A stretch of 6,818 nucleotides of DNA, from the IMG/VR virus record IMGVR_UViG_2579778956_000005, positions 1 to 6,818 of that record; one strand, 5' to 3'. How positions within the stretch are numbered: the first letter of the stretch is position 1; each line of letters starts with the position of its first letter. Source of the DNA: a virus. Its lineage: Duplodnaviria > Heunggongvirae > Uroviricota > Caudoviricetes. The notes under the pieces were generated by a model. It worked only from the letters and a program-made list of their open reading frames with translations. It searched no databases and had not been told where the DNA came from. Of this stretch, positions 1-5,837 are shown piece after piece. The position numbers were made by a program, and so were the translations under genes.

Positions 1-402
1 ATGGCAACTCTTAAATCAGTGATGGCAATAGCCACCTTAATAATTTCACTCAACGCAAACGCGAATGATATTAAAACCCTTCAAAAGCAGCTTAAACCAT
101 GGCAACCCCTAGAAATCACGAATAAAAACAACTCGCTTACGGTGGTGCTTCCTGGCAAAGAAATCTCTCCTGACGCCTACAACAACCTGATTATGACTGG
201 TGTATGCGCACCAGTCTGGACAAAAGACACGCCTGTTTCATATCTCAAAAAAATCAAAGAAATAAGCATAGTTAATCAATATAAATCCATCGGTTATGTT
301 TTTTCCGAACCATTAAAAACATGCAATGAAATAGGTTCGTTGACGCCTAAACAGGGGCAAGTGTTACTTTCATCCCAAACACGTCTTTACACAGGGAAAT
401 AA
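1..402 (+). CDS. Hypothetical small secreted protein (predicted signal peptide); AT-rich gene flanking the ogr end of the prophage
   Basis: Seen: ORF of 133 aa starting at the ATG at window position 1, TAA at 400-402. The N-terminus MATLKSVMAIATLIISLNANA then NDIK has the shape of a Sec signal peptide with an A-x-A cleavage motif. Two Cys in the mature part. Composition is visibly AT-rich (roughly 38-40% GC by eye) against about 50% in the prophage genes. I do not recognise the family. The window may cut off upstream sequence, so the true start could lie outside the window. Confidence 0.5.
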   Translation: MATLKSVMAIATLIISLNANANDIKTLQKQLKPWQPLEITNKNNSLTVVLPGKEISPDAYNNLIMTGVCAPVWTKDTPVSYLKKIKEISIVNQYKSIGYVFSEPLKTCNEIGSLTPKQGQVLLSSQTRLYTGK

Positions 403-420
403 GCTCCTAAACAAAGTTGA

Positions 421-442
421 AAGCCCCTCGACTGAGGGGCTT
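421..442. terminator. GC-rich hairpin between convergent ORF1 (+) and ogr (-); probable bidirectional intrinsic terminator
   Basis: Seen: aagcccctc (421-429), loop gact, gaggggctt (434-442), a perfect 9-bp stem with a tetraloop. It sits 18 nt after the ORF1 stop and 11 nt after the ogr stop. Flanking sequence is moderately T-rich on both strands (cctgtttg on +, ctttgttt on -), not a clean U-tract. Confidence 0.55.
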
Positions 443-453
443 CCTGTTTGTAA

Positions 454-672
454 TTACATCCACATAATTTGCTGCCCTGACGGCAACGGGTGCGGCCTTA
501 CGGCGTGGACTTCTCCCGGCTTCACGATGTATCGCTGTACCGACTCATAAGTGATGAACGTGGCACTACAATTCACGTTCTGGCACTGATGATAACGCTC
601 TTTTGTCGTGTCAGTGATATAGCGGCTTGTACGCGCATGTGCGGCATGCTGGCATAAAGGACAATGAAACAT
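454..672 (-). CDS. ogr: Ogr, P2 late-gene transcriptional activator (C4 zinc-finger)
   Basis: Seen: translation from the ATG at 672-670 gives MFHCPLCQHAAHARTSRYITDTTKERYHQCQNVNCSATFITYESVQRYIVKPGEVHAVRPHPLPSGQQIMWM, 72 aa, with the CxxC...CxxxxC zinc-binding pattern; this matches my memory of P2 Ogr essentially residue for residue. RBS AAGAGG lies 8 nt upstream. The ORF-track start at 735 is an in-frame upstream extension; an ATG at 708 is a less likely alternative. Confidence 0.9.
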   Translation of the reverse strand: MFHCPLCQHAAHARTSRYITDTTKERYHQCQNVNCSATFITYESVQRYIVKPGEVHAVRPHPLPSGQQIMWM

Positions 673-706
673 CGCGAGCACCTCTTCCGGTTTTGTTGAT
701 GGTGCC

Positions 707-735
707 ATTTTAGTTAAATTATCCTTATAAAACAA
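707..735 (-). promoter_or_regulatory. Putative sigma70-like promoter for ogr (TTGTTT-N17-TAAAAT on the - strand)
   Basis: Seen: on the - strand, TTGTTT (rc of 730-735), a 17-nt spacer, then TAAAAT (rc of 707-712), about 35 nt upstream of the ogr ATG. Established: P2 ogr is thought to have its own promoter in addition to late read-through. Motif-level only. Confidence 0.25.
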
Positions 736-753
736 ACAGATAAAATAAAAACA

Positions 754-1917
754 TCACTCATCATCTTCTGTTTCGTACTCCACATCAGAAAGCCTGACCT
801 CAAGCTCTAAGGACGTCGTGAAGCCGCTATTATTCAGAAAATGTGTCACCTTAGTGATTGTCCAGTCCTGCTCGTCTATGACGCGCTTAAAGCCTGACAC
901 CTTAACCGGTGTTTCCGTGTAAATATCTGCCCGACCGGTAGCCAGGCTGATGGAGAACTCCGCAACGCCCCGTTGCAGTTTATCCCACTTCGCCTGAGCG
1001 GCGCGCATGGCCTGCGCTTTCGTGGCATATACCGTGGTCAGGGCAAAAACATTGTCAGCCTCACCGGCCATGTATTCACCTTCGCGCGCTTCCGGTACTT
1101 TTGGCGCTTTCTTCTGCGTGACCGGTTTCGCTTTCGGGTGCTCCAGTGCGCGCAGGTGTTTCTCTTTCTTTTTGCGTTTCAGTTTTACCTTCTGCTTTTG
1201 TGGCTTCGGGTCTTTGGTGTGTAACCACTTTGCCGTTACGCCGGTGTAGGCTCCACGGTCAGCAATCGCAAAATGATGACGGTCGCCGTCGCTGCGGGTG
1301 ATGGTAATCTGCGGGATTTTTTTACCGCTGGCCGTCACCCCCTGCCCCGCTTTGAGAAACAACAATTTTCCCATTTTTACCGACACCTCACCGCCGTTGC
1401 GTTCAGCAAGGCGGGTCAGGAATTTTGCATCAGACTCCTGCGACTGGTCGATGTGCGGGATTTTAATTCCGGCCAGTGACGGAGCGACACTGGCTTTCAG
1501 CCTGTTACGGGAGGCTATCGCCTCAACAATCGCACCGAGCGTGGTGTCATGCCAGGAGCCTTCACGGCGGGAATTGAGCGTCCCGCGAAAATCTGCACTC
1601 CGGGCGCGGATGGTGACCACATCCGGTGCGCCCCGGTGTTCAACCTCATCAACGGTAAATTTCCCTTTGCATACCAGGGCAAAACCTTTCCAGCCGATAT
1701 ACACCGTCAGGACAGCGCCACGAACCGGCAGCCCGACCTGCCCGTCGGCATCGTTCAGTTCAATATCAAGCTGGTCAGCTTCAAAGCCCCGGTTATCCGT
1801 CAGAGTCATGCTCATCAGACGGTCGCTGATATTGCCGGTAATATCCCTGCTGTCGAGCATCAGCATGTAATCCGGCGTCAGCGTACTGCCTGCATCAAAT
1901 GTCAGCGCATCCAGCAT
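754..1917 (-). CDS. D: Tail protein D (P2 gpD-like), apparently full length
   Basis: Seen: 387-aa ORF with the length and sequence character of P2 gpD, including a Lys-rich linker (KQKVKLKRKKKEK). Its ATG overlaps the U stop as TAATG at 1915-1919, typical translational coupling. Position between U and ogr matches the P2 order U-D-ogr. Confidence 0.85.
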   Translation of the reverse strand: MLDALTFDAGSTLTPDYMLMLDSRDITGNISDRLMSMTLTDNRGFEADQLDIELNDADGQVGLPVRGAVLTVYIGWKGFALVCKGKFTVDEVEHRGAPDVVTIRARSADFRGTLNSRREGSWHDTTLGAIVEAIASRNRLKASVAPSLAGIKIPHIDQSQESDAKFLTRLAERNGGEVSVKMGKLLFLKAGQGVTASGKKIPQITITRSDGDRHHFAIADRGAYTGVTAKWLHTKDPKPQKQKVKLKRKKKEKHLRALEHPKAKPVTQKKAPKVPEAREGEYMAGEADNVFALTTVYATKAQAMRAAQAKWDKLQRGVAEFSISLATGRADIYTETPVKVSGFKRVIDEQDWTITKVTHFLNNSGFTTSLELEVRLSDVEYETEDDE

Positions 1918-2396
1918 TATCCCGCCCCCGTCATACCTGTGAATCTGGTCGCCAGACTGCCGGCCTTACCGATGAGCGACTCCGCCTGTTTACCGATATC
2001 GCCATAAAGCGCGGCCAGTGATTCATCAACGCGGGTGAGCGACAGCGTAAAATCAATTTTCCGGGGTGTGCCGTCTGCAAAGAAAATACTCCCTGTTTCA
2101 CTCACCCTGCTGATGACATACATGCCGTAAATCATGCCAGTGCCATCCAGCAACGGCCACGCCCGGCCTTCATCTGCCATCAGCCTGAGCGTGGTCATCG
2201 TCAGCTTTCCGCCGGTCAGTTCGGGATAAAGCACACCGGCCAGCGTGATGTTTTCCTCACCCACACCGAGAAACTGGTAGGCATCCCGTTTACCGATACG
2301 GGAATTTGACGGCCAGCGATAATCCGATTCACGCTGCATGGTCTGGTGTGGCAGTGTCTGGCGCATAAAAACAAACATACCTAACGCGAGCATCAT
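1917..2396 (-). CDS. U: Tail protein U (P2 gpU-like), apparently full length
   Basis: Seen: 159-aa ORF starting ATGATG at 2396, GGAGG RBS 8 nt upstream (rc of 2403-2407). Length and sequence are consistent with P2 gpU. Sits immediately upstream of D. Confidence 0.85.
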   Translation of the reverse strand: MMLALGMFVFMRQTLPHQTMQRESDYRWPSNSRIGKRDAYQFLGVGEENITLAGVLYPELTGGKLTMTTLRLMADEGRAWPLLDGTGMIYGMYVISRVSETGSIFFADGTPRKIDFTLSLTRVDESLAALYGDIGKQAESLIGKAGSLATRFTGMTGAG

Positions 2397-2413
2397 TTTT
2401 CGTCACCTCCTTA

Positions 2414-2503
2414 ACCGTCATGCATCATGCTGGCACGGGCGCGCGCACGTTTATCCCGCTCGTATTTTTCGAGCGCATCCTGTAACTGGCGGTCAAGCTG
2501 TGT
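2414..2503 (-). pseudogene. T: 3' remnant (about 30 codons) of the tail tape-measure gene T, left by an internal deletion
   Basis: Seen: a short open frame on the - strand, TQLDRQLQDALEKYERDKRARARASMMHDG then stop (TAA at 2413-2411), ending 14 nt before the U start with the U RBS just downstream, which is the arrangement expected for the end of T in P2. The same frame has a TGA at 2506-2504, so it cannot extend further upstream. Inference: this is the C-terminal end of T. I cannot confirm the gpT sequence from memory. Confidence 0.4.
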
Positions 2504-3321
2504 TCACACGATTTAAGAAACTCCAGATTTGCCTGACGGCGCGCACGCACATCACGAATGGCATGTTTACTGGCATAAGGAGAACGGTCTTTATTGACCT
2601 CCCCGACAGCTATCAATAACGCCTCATGCCAGCGCATACGCTGGCCTTTAAGCTGATGAGTCCACCACTCATCGTTAAACAGACGGGCAATGGCAGAATA
2701 TGCCTGCCTCGTGGTCATCTGTCCTTTACGGTATTTTTTCCAGTAAAGCGGGGAAATATTGAAAGCACGTGCAGCGCCAGCAACATGACCATACAGATGC
2801 GCCTGCGCCTCATCCGTAAACAGCGATTCTTTTTCGCCATGCGCATCCACCCAGGCATCGCAGAGTTCCTCATACATCATGAAAAGCTGCGATGAGATAC
2901 GGGCGGCAAACTTTTTCAGCTCCTTGTCATTCATCCCCGGCAGACGCGCATAGTGGTCACGCTCTGTCAGAAACAGCAACGACGCGTCGGTGTTCATTTC
3001 ATGGCGCTGATTCACGCGCTCAATGCGCGGCCATAAACGACGCTGAAAAGTGGATGTGAGGAAATAAAACCCGTGCACCGGGCTTTTATTGCGCCGGATG
3101 TAGTCATAGCGTGAAGTAAACAGCGAGCGCAAAAAGTAAGGCAGGCGGTTAATCGTGGATAAAACACCTTGCACCTGACGCATCTCGTCACGTGTAAGGG
3201 GTCTTTCGCGCCCGACAGCCTCGCGTGGCGCGTTCCATGCATAAGCACCGGTAAACGTCTTACCGGTGCCTGCAGCAAATGCTGACGGATGGACAAAACG
3301 CCCGGAGGCTTTAACGGCCAT
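2425..3321 (-). pseudogene. A: Truncated replication initiation gene A (rolling-circle nickase): N-terminal ~283 codons retained, then a 26-codon out-of-frame tail
   Basis: Seen: from the ATG at 3321-3319 the translation MAVKASGRFVHPSAFAAGTGKTFTGAYAWNAPREAVGRERPLTRDEM...RRQANLEFLKSC matches my recollection of the P2 gpA N-terminus, then continues EHSLTASYRMRSKNTSGINVRAPVPA and stops at 2427-2425. Established: P2 gpA is about 761 aa with the catalytic tyrosines in the central region, which is absent here. The ORF-track start at 3363 is a TTG extension; the ATG at 3321 is preferred although its RBS is weak. Confidence 0.75.
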
Positions 3322-3586
3322 ATGAGCCAAAAGCCTCTGAACAACGCTTGCTGAGTTGCTCAACCTGCGCGTTTAAATCAGCAAAAGACTTTGCGCTTCC
3401 GGTCAGAATATCGTGATGCATCAGGCCGGAAACGAGCTGGCTTAATTTCGGGTAATAACCAACCACCGACAGCCATTCCTGACCGGCGTTTTTACCGCTT
3501 TCAGCTCTCTTTTTCTCGTGGAGAATAAACTGAAAGCTGTCACTGGTAACGACATAATGTTCGCCAATTTCAATACGAATACTCAT
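3311..3586 (-). CDS. Small hypothetical protein, early operon (P2 orf83 position)
   Basis: Seen: 91-aa ORF; its ATG (3586-3584) overlaps the upstream stop as ATGA, and its end overlaps the A start by 11 nt. Fourth of four small ORFs between B and A, matching the P2 orf80-83 arrangement. No recognisable motif. Confidence 0.5.
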   Translation of the reverse strand: MSIRIEIGEHYVVTSDSFQFILHEKKRAESGKNAGQEWLSVVGYYPKLSQLVSGLMHHDILTGSAKSFADLNAQVEQLSKRCSEAFGSYGR

Positions 3587-3807
3587 GCTGTTCTCCGGTA
3601 ATGTTTGTTTTTTGCTTCAAAGACTGACTGACAGGAAACACAACGCGTGGCTGACGGATAAGCCGCACGACGTGCAGCAGGTATTGGCGCGTCACACTCT
3701 TCGCAAACCAGCGCAGAAGCACCGTAATGTTTTACCCTTGCCGCGTTAATCTGGCGCTCCAGTAATTCAGCATGTTGTTCCTGAATAAAATCTACGTTGT
3801 CCGGCAT
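3583..3807 (-). CDS. TraR/DksA-family C4 zinc-finger protein (P2 orf82 position)
   Basis: Seen: 74 aa, MPDNVDFIQEQHAELLERQ...CEECDAPIPAARRAAYPSATRCVSCQ, with CxxC-N18-CxxC as in phage TraR/DksA-like zinc fingers. AGGAG RBS 6 nt upstream of the ATG at 3807. Confidence 0.75.
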   Translation of the reverse strand: MPDNVDFIQEQHAELLERQINAARVKHYGASALVCEECDAPIPAARRAAYPSATRCVSCQSVFEAKNKHYRRTA

Positions 3808-3809
3808 TA

Positions 3810-4109
3810 TCAGCTCCTTTTATCGTTAAGTTTCCTGGATACATCAGCGCAATAACTGGCAAGTTCTGTCGTTAATTTTGTCAGTTCATCCACTGAGGAA
3901 ATTTGCTTGTGGAATACAGCGCGTTTCACAAGTAAATTGACCACATCAGACAGGAGGTTTAATTCATTCTGATAAATCGCGATAACAGATTCAGTTATGT
4001 CGCGTTTTTCTTTATCAAGACAAAGTTGAATAAGAGACAAATCACCATTTTCCATAACGGCGATTTTTAAGGCGTTATTCAGTAATACAACTGAATGAGA
4101 ACAGGCCAT
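3810..4109 (-). CDS. AT-rich small hypothetical protein, early operon (P2 orf81 position); possible moron
   Basis: Seen: 99 aa from the ATG at 4109-4107, which overlaps the upstream stop as TGATG, with a GGAGG RBS 7 nt upstream. The ORF-track first codon at 4112 is TTG. Composition is markedly more AT-rich (about 37% GC by eye) than both flanking ORFs. No recognisable motif; charged and probably helical. Confidence 0.5.
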   Translation of the reverse strand: MACSHSVVLLNNALKIAVMENGDLSLIQLCLDKEKRDITESVIAIYQNELNLLSDVVNLLVKRAVFHKQISSVDELTKLTTELASYCADVSRKLNDKRS

Positions 4110-4333
4110 CAAAGTACCTCCCCGCGAGACAATCCGATATTGTGAAATTTTTCCGACTCCTGACTGAGCAAATCGACTATCTCTACGCGGGATAACTCCG
4201 CCTTTGTGATGTGGCGAATCATGGCGTCAAGATGAGAAGAAAAGCGCGTCGCTGCGTCGGCCTGTGCTTCGGTTCTGGCCTGTTGCAGCAGTAATGCGTA
4301 TTTACCGCACTGATTTTCAGAAACTGTATGCAT
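4109..4333 (-). CDS. Small hypothetical protein, early operon (P2 orf80 position)
   Basis: Seen: 74 aa from the ATG at 4333-4331 ([18 protein letters not shown]...), with a GGAG RBS about 7 nt upstream. The ORF-track start at 4366 is a TTG with no RBS. Confidence 0.5.
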   Translation of the reverse strand: MHTVSENQCGKYALLLQQARTEAQADAATRFSSHLDAMIRHITKAELSRVEIVDLLSQESEKFHNIGLSRGEVL

Positions 4334-4396
4334 GACTTTCTCCAGGCAAAAAGAAGCCCCGCACAATTAAGTGCGTTAAAAACTCTGGTTAATTAC

Positions 4397-4903
4397 TTAA
4401 TGCAGATATTGCTCTGGTTTTACCGACGTCAGAATTGTCGGTGCATACTCAAACAGACTGAATAATTCACGTAACGCACGGAATAAAGCATCACGCCAGT
4501 AACATGATTCCTCATTAATTCGCCAGTATGGCTGGTTAAATTCTTTTTCTGTCAGTCGTGCGTGCATAAATAAAGTGCGACGCTGACTGACTGTTAAAAA
4601 ACTAATATATGCATACTCACTTGCGCCAACCTGACGGCGTTTTGAGAATGCCCCACGCAGTTCATCAATTGCACAAACCAGCCGTTCACGTTCGACGTCA
4701 TTCATTTCTTCAAAACGCATCGTTGCGTGACGCTGTTTTAACTGCGCATGAAAGCAAACCGTTAGCCGTTCGCGTTCCATCATCTGATTATAATAATCAC
4801 ATGTCTCCTGCCAGCGAGGGACGGCCAGATGCTTACCAATTATCCGGCGCATAGTTGCTGGCTGTTTTTCAACGAGATTGAGCGTCATCACTGTCATTTC
4901 CAT
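4397..4903 (-). CDS. B: Probable replication protein B (P2 gpB-like)
   Basis: Seen: 168-aa ORF; GGAGGG lies immediately upstream, and an in-frame ATG at 4897 has better RBS spacing and forms an ATGA overlap with the upstream stop. Established: P2 has a ~166-aa B gene between cox/orf78 and orf80-83. Inference: identity rests on size and position; I cannot recall the P2 B sequence to confirm. Confidence 0.6.
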   Translation of the reverse strand: MEMTVMTLNLVEKQPATMRRIIGKHLAVPRWQETCDYYNQMMERERLTVCFHAQLKQRHATMRFEEMNDVERERLVCAIDELRGAFSKRRQVGASEYAYISFLTVSQRRTLFMHARLTEKEFNQPYWRINEESCYWRDALFRALRELFSLFEYAPTILTSVKPEQYLH

Positions 4904-5091
4904 ACCCTCCGGCTTTTCAGAAAGGTCAGAGCCTTTTTTAACGGACTCTGTTTTTTGGTGCGGATAATGATTCCCTTGCGTCCCTTCCCGTGGGTGATGG
5001 TGAAGTCAATCGCCCTGGGGCTTTCGTTACGCAGTAACTGAGCAATACAACGCGGCTCATTCATAATCACAACCCCATCCACAAAAGCCAT
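4894..5091 (-). CDS. Small hypothetical protein between cox and B (P2 orf78 position)
   Basis: Seen: 65-aa ORF from the ATG at 5091, which would overlap the cox 3' end by 25 nt. An in-frame ATG at 5064 (56 aa, MNEPRCIAQLL...) starts 2 nt after the cox stop and has a purine-rich stretch upstream. The start is uncertain. Confidence 0.4.
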   Translation of the reverse strand: MAFVDGVVIMNEPRCIAQLLRNESPRAIDFTITHGKGRKGIIIRTKKQSPLKKALTFLKSRRVWK

Positions 5092-5339
5092 GCATCACGC
5101 TGTTCAACCGGTCGGTTATAAAACGCCTCACGTACAGCGCGATTAAACTCTGGAATGAAAACCCATTTCTCACCGGCGCGGGCCTTCGGCTTATTTGGAT
5201 CTCGAAGCTCGATAACCGGTAGCTTGTTAGCCTTTATCATTTCTGTAACTGCGGTTTTTGGTTTACCCAATAAATCTGCAAACTTTTCCGCATGTACCGC
5301 ATCAAGCGGGTACTTAATCACATAATCATTAACTTCCAT
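5067..5339 (-). CDS. cox: Cox-like excisionase / early repressor of the lysogenic promoter (P2 Cox family)
   Basis: Seen: 90 aa, MEVNDYVIKYPLDAVHAEKFADLLGKPKTAVTEMIKANKLPVIELRDP...RAGEKWVFIPEFN...RPVEQRDAWLLWMGL, with the KLPVI, RAGE-WV and RD-WL-WMGL features I associate with P2/WPhi/HP1 Cox. GAGGG RBS about 9 nt upstream of the ATG at 5339. First gene of the leftward operon, divergent from C. Confidence 0.8.
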   Translation of the reverse strand: MEVNDYVIKYPLDAVHAEKFADLLGKPKTAVTEMIKANKLPVIELRDPNKPKARAGEKWVFIPEFNRAVREAFYNRPVEQRDAWLLWMGL

Positions 5340-5474
5340 CTATGTTACCCTCATAGGATCCAGCCCCTTAAAAACCGCTTGGAACCGTTTAAGCGGCGCT
5401 GGACTCACGCCCGAAAAGGTTCTGGATTAATGACCTTTTCGGGGAATATAGTCATTAAGTCAGGACTATGTCAA
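5340..5474. promoter_or_regulatory. C/cox intergenic switch region with candidate operator repeats
   Basis: Seen: a 135-bp region between divergent cox and C. Perfect 11-bp inverted repeat cccgaaaaggt (5410-5420) / accttttcggg (5433-5443) with a 12-bp spacer. 8-bp inverted repeat ttaatgac (5427-5434) / gtcattaa (5451-5458) flanking the Pe -10. Near-direct repeat aaccgctt (5373-5380) / aaccgttt (5383-5390). Which of these are C or Cox sites cannot be told from sequence alone. Confidence 0.55.
5445..5474 (-). promoter_or_regulatory. Candidate early promoter Pe for the cox operon: TTGACA-N18-TATATT on the - strand
   Basis: Seen: on the - strand a perfect -35 TTGACA (rc of 5469-5474, abutting the C start codon), an 18-nt spacer, and -10 TATATT (rc of 5445-5450). 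The predicted start near 5437 gives a roughly 100-nt leader before cox. Established: P2 and 186 place the lytic and lysogenic promoters face to face, so the lytic promoter lies next to the repressor gene. Confidence 0.5.
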
Positions 5475-5768
5475 ATGAATATCGCACAGAAATTAAGAGC
5501 AATAAGACAATCGGAAGGGCTAACTCAAGCAAAATTCAGTGAAATCAGCGGTATAGCGTTAGGAACGCTAAAGAATTACGAAGGAGGCCATCAAGACCCT
5601 GGCATCCAAGTTGTGTTGCAGGTCACCAATGCACCTCAGTTCCAAAAATACACACTATGGCTCATGACAGATAAAACAGCGCCGGAAGCGGGACAAATCG
5701 CACCGGCTCTCGCGCACATTGGGCCAGAGTCAACAGAATCCGACCACTCCGCGAAAAGGATTGGCTAA
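5475..5768 (+). CDS. C: Immunity repressor C (P2 C-type, helix-turn-helix)
   Basis: Seen: 97 aa from the ATG at 5475 (MNIAQKLRAIRQSEGLTQAKFSEISGIALGTLKNYEGG...FQKYTLWLMTDKTAPEAGQIAPALAHIGPE...). It has an XRE-like HTH and a YTLW / APE-GQIAPALAH stretch that matches my recollection of P2 C. The ORF-track start at 5292 is an upstream extension running through the promoter region and the cox start, so it is rejected. Confidence 0.85.
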   Translation: MNIAQKLRAIRQSEGLTQAKFSEISGIALGTLKNYEGGHQDPGIQVVLQVTNAPQFQKYTLWLMTDKTAPEAGQIAPALAHIGPESTESDHSAKRIG

Positions 5769-5837
5769 CTCTATATAAAAATTACATTTTCACCATTTGC
5801 CACCAAGATGGTGAATACAGCACCGGAGGGCTTTCTT

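Noticed and set aside
673-735. N-terminal extension of ogr (ORF-track start at 735, or ATG at 708)
   Set aside because: P2 Ogr is 72 aa and begins MFHCPLCQ; the ATG at 672 has a good AAGAGG RBS. The extension would cover the putative ogr promoter.
1120-1240. Lys-rich low-complexity tract inside gpD (KQKVKLKRKKKEK...) as a possible repeat or insertion
   Set aside because: It is in frame within an otherwise full-length D protein and looks like a flexible basic linker; there is no nucleotide-level tandem repeat and no sign of an inserted element.
973-2007. Five + strand ORFs (973-1224, 1007-1249, 1273-1479, 1298-1870, 1549-2007) antisense to tail genes D and U
   Set aside because: They lie wholly inside the well-supported D and U coding regions on the opposite strand and have no RBS. 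Their products are Arg/Ser/Pro/Cys-rich and low-complexity, as expected for antisense reading of coding DNA.
2338-2895. + strand ORFs 2338-2619 and 2626-2895
   Set aside because: Antisense to the U start, the T remnant and the A fragment. The first spans the deletion junction and so cannot be an ancestral gene. No translation signals.
3012-3344. 110-aa - strand ORF in an alternative frame inside A
   Set aside because: Fully nested in the A coding region in a different frame, with a Cys/Arg-rich product typical of an off-frame artefact.
3322-3363. Longer A start at 3363 (ORF-track M1)
   Set aside because: The codon at 3363-3361 is TTG with no RBS, and the P2 gpA N-terminus as I recall it begins MAVKASGRF, which corresponds to the ATG at 3321.
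4609-5041. + strand ORFs 4609-4854 and 4829-5041
   Set aside because: Antisense to B and the orf78-position gene; no RBS; low-complexity products.
5357-5362. GGATCC palindrome in the cox leader
   Set aside because: An isolated 6-bp restriction-site-type palindrome with no partner repeat; most likely chance.
5292-5474. Upstream extension of the C ORF to an ATG at 5292 (158-aa version)
   Set aside because: The extension runs through the cox start codon and the divergent promoter region and has no RBS. P2-type C repressors are about 99 aa, and the ATG at 5475 gives a 97-aa HTH protein.
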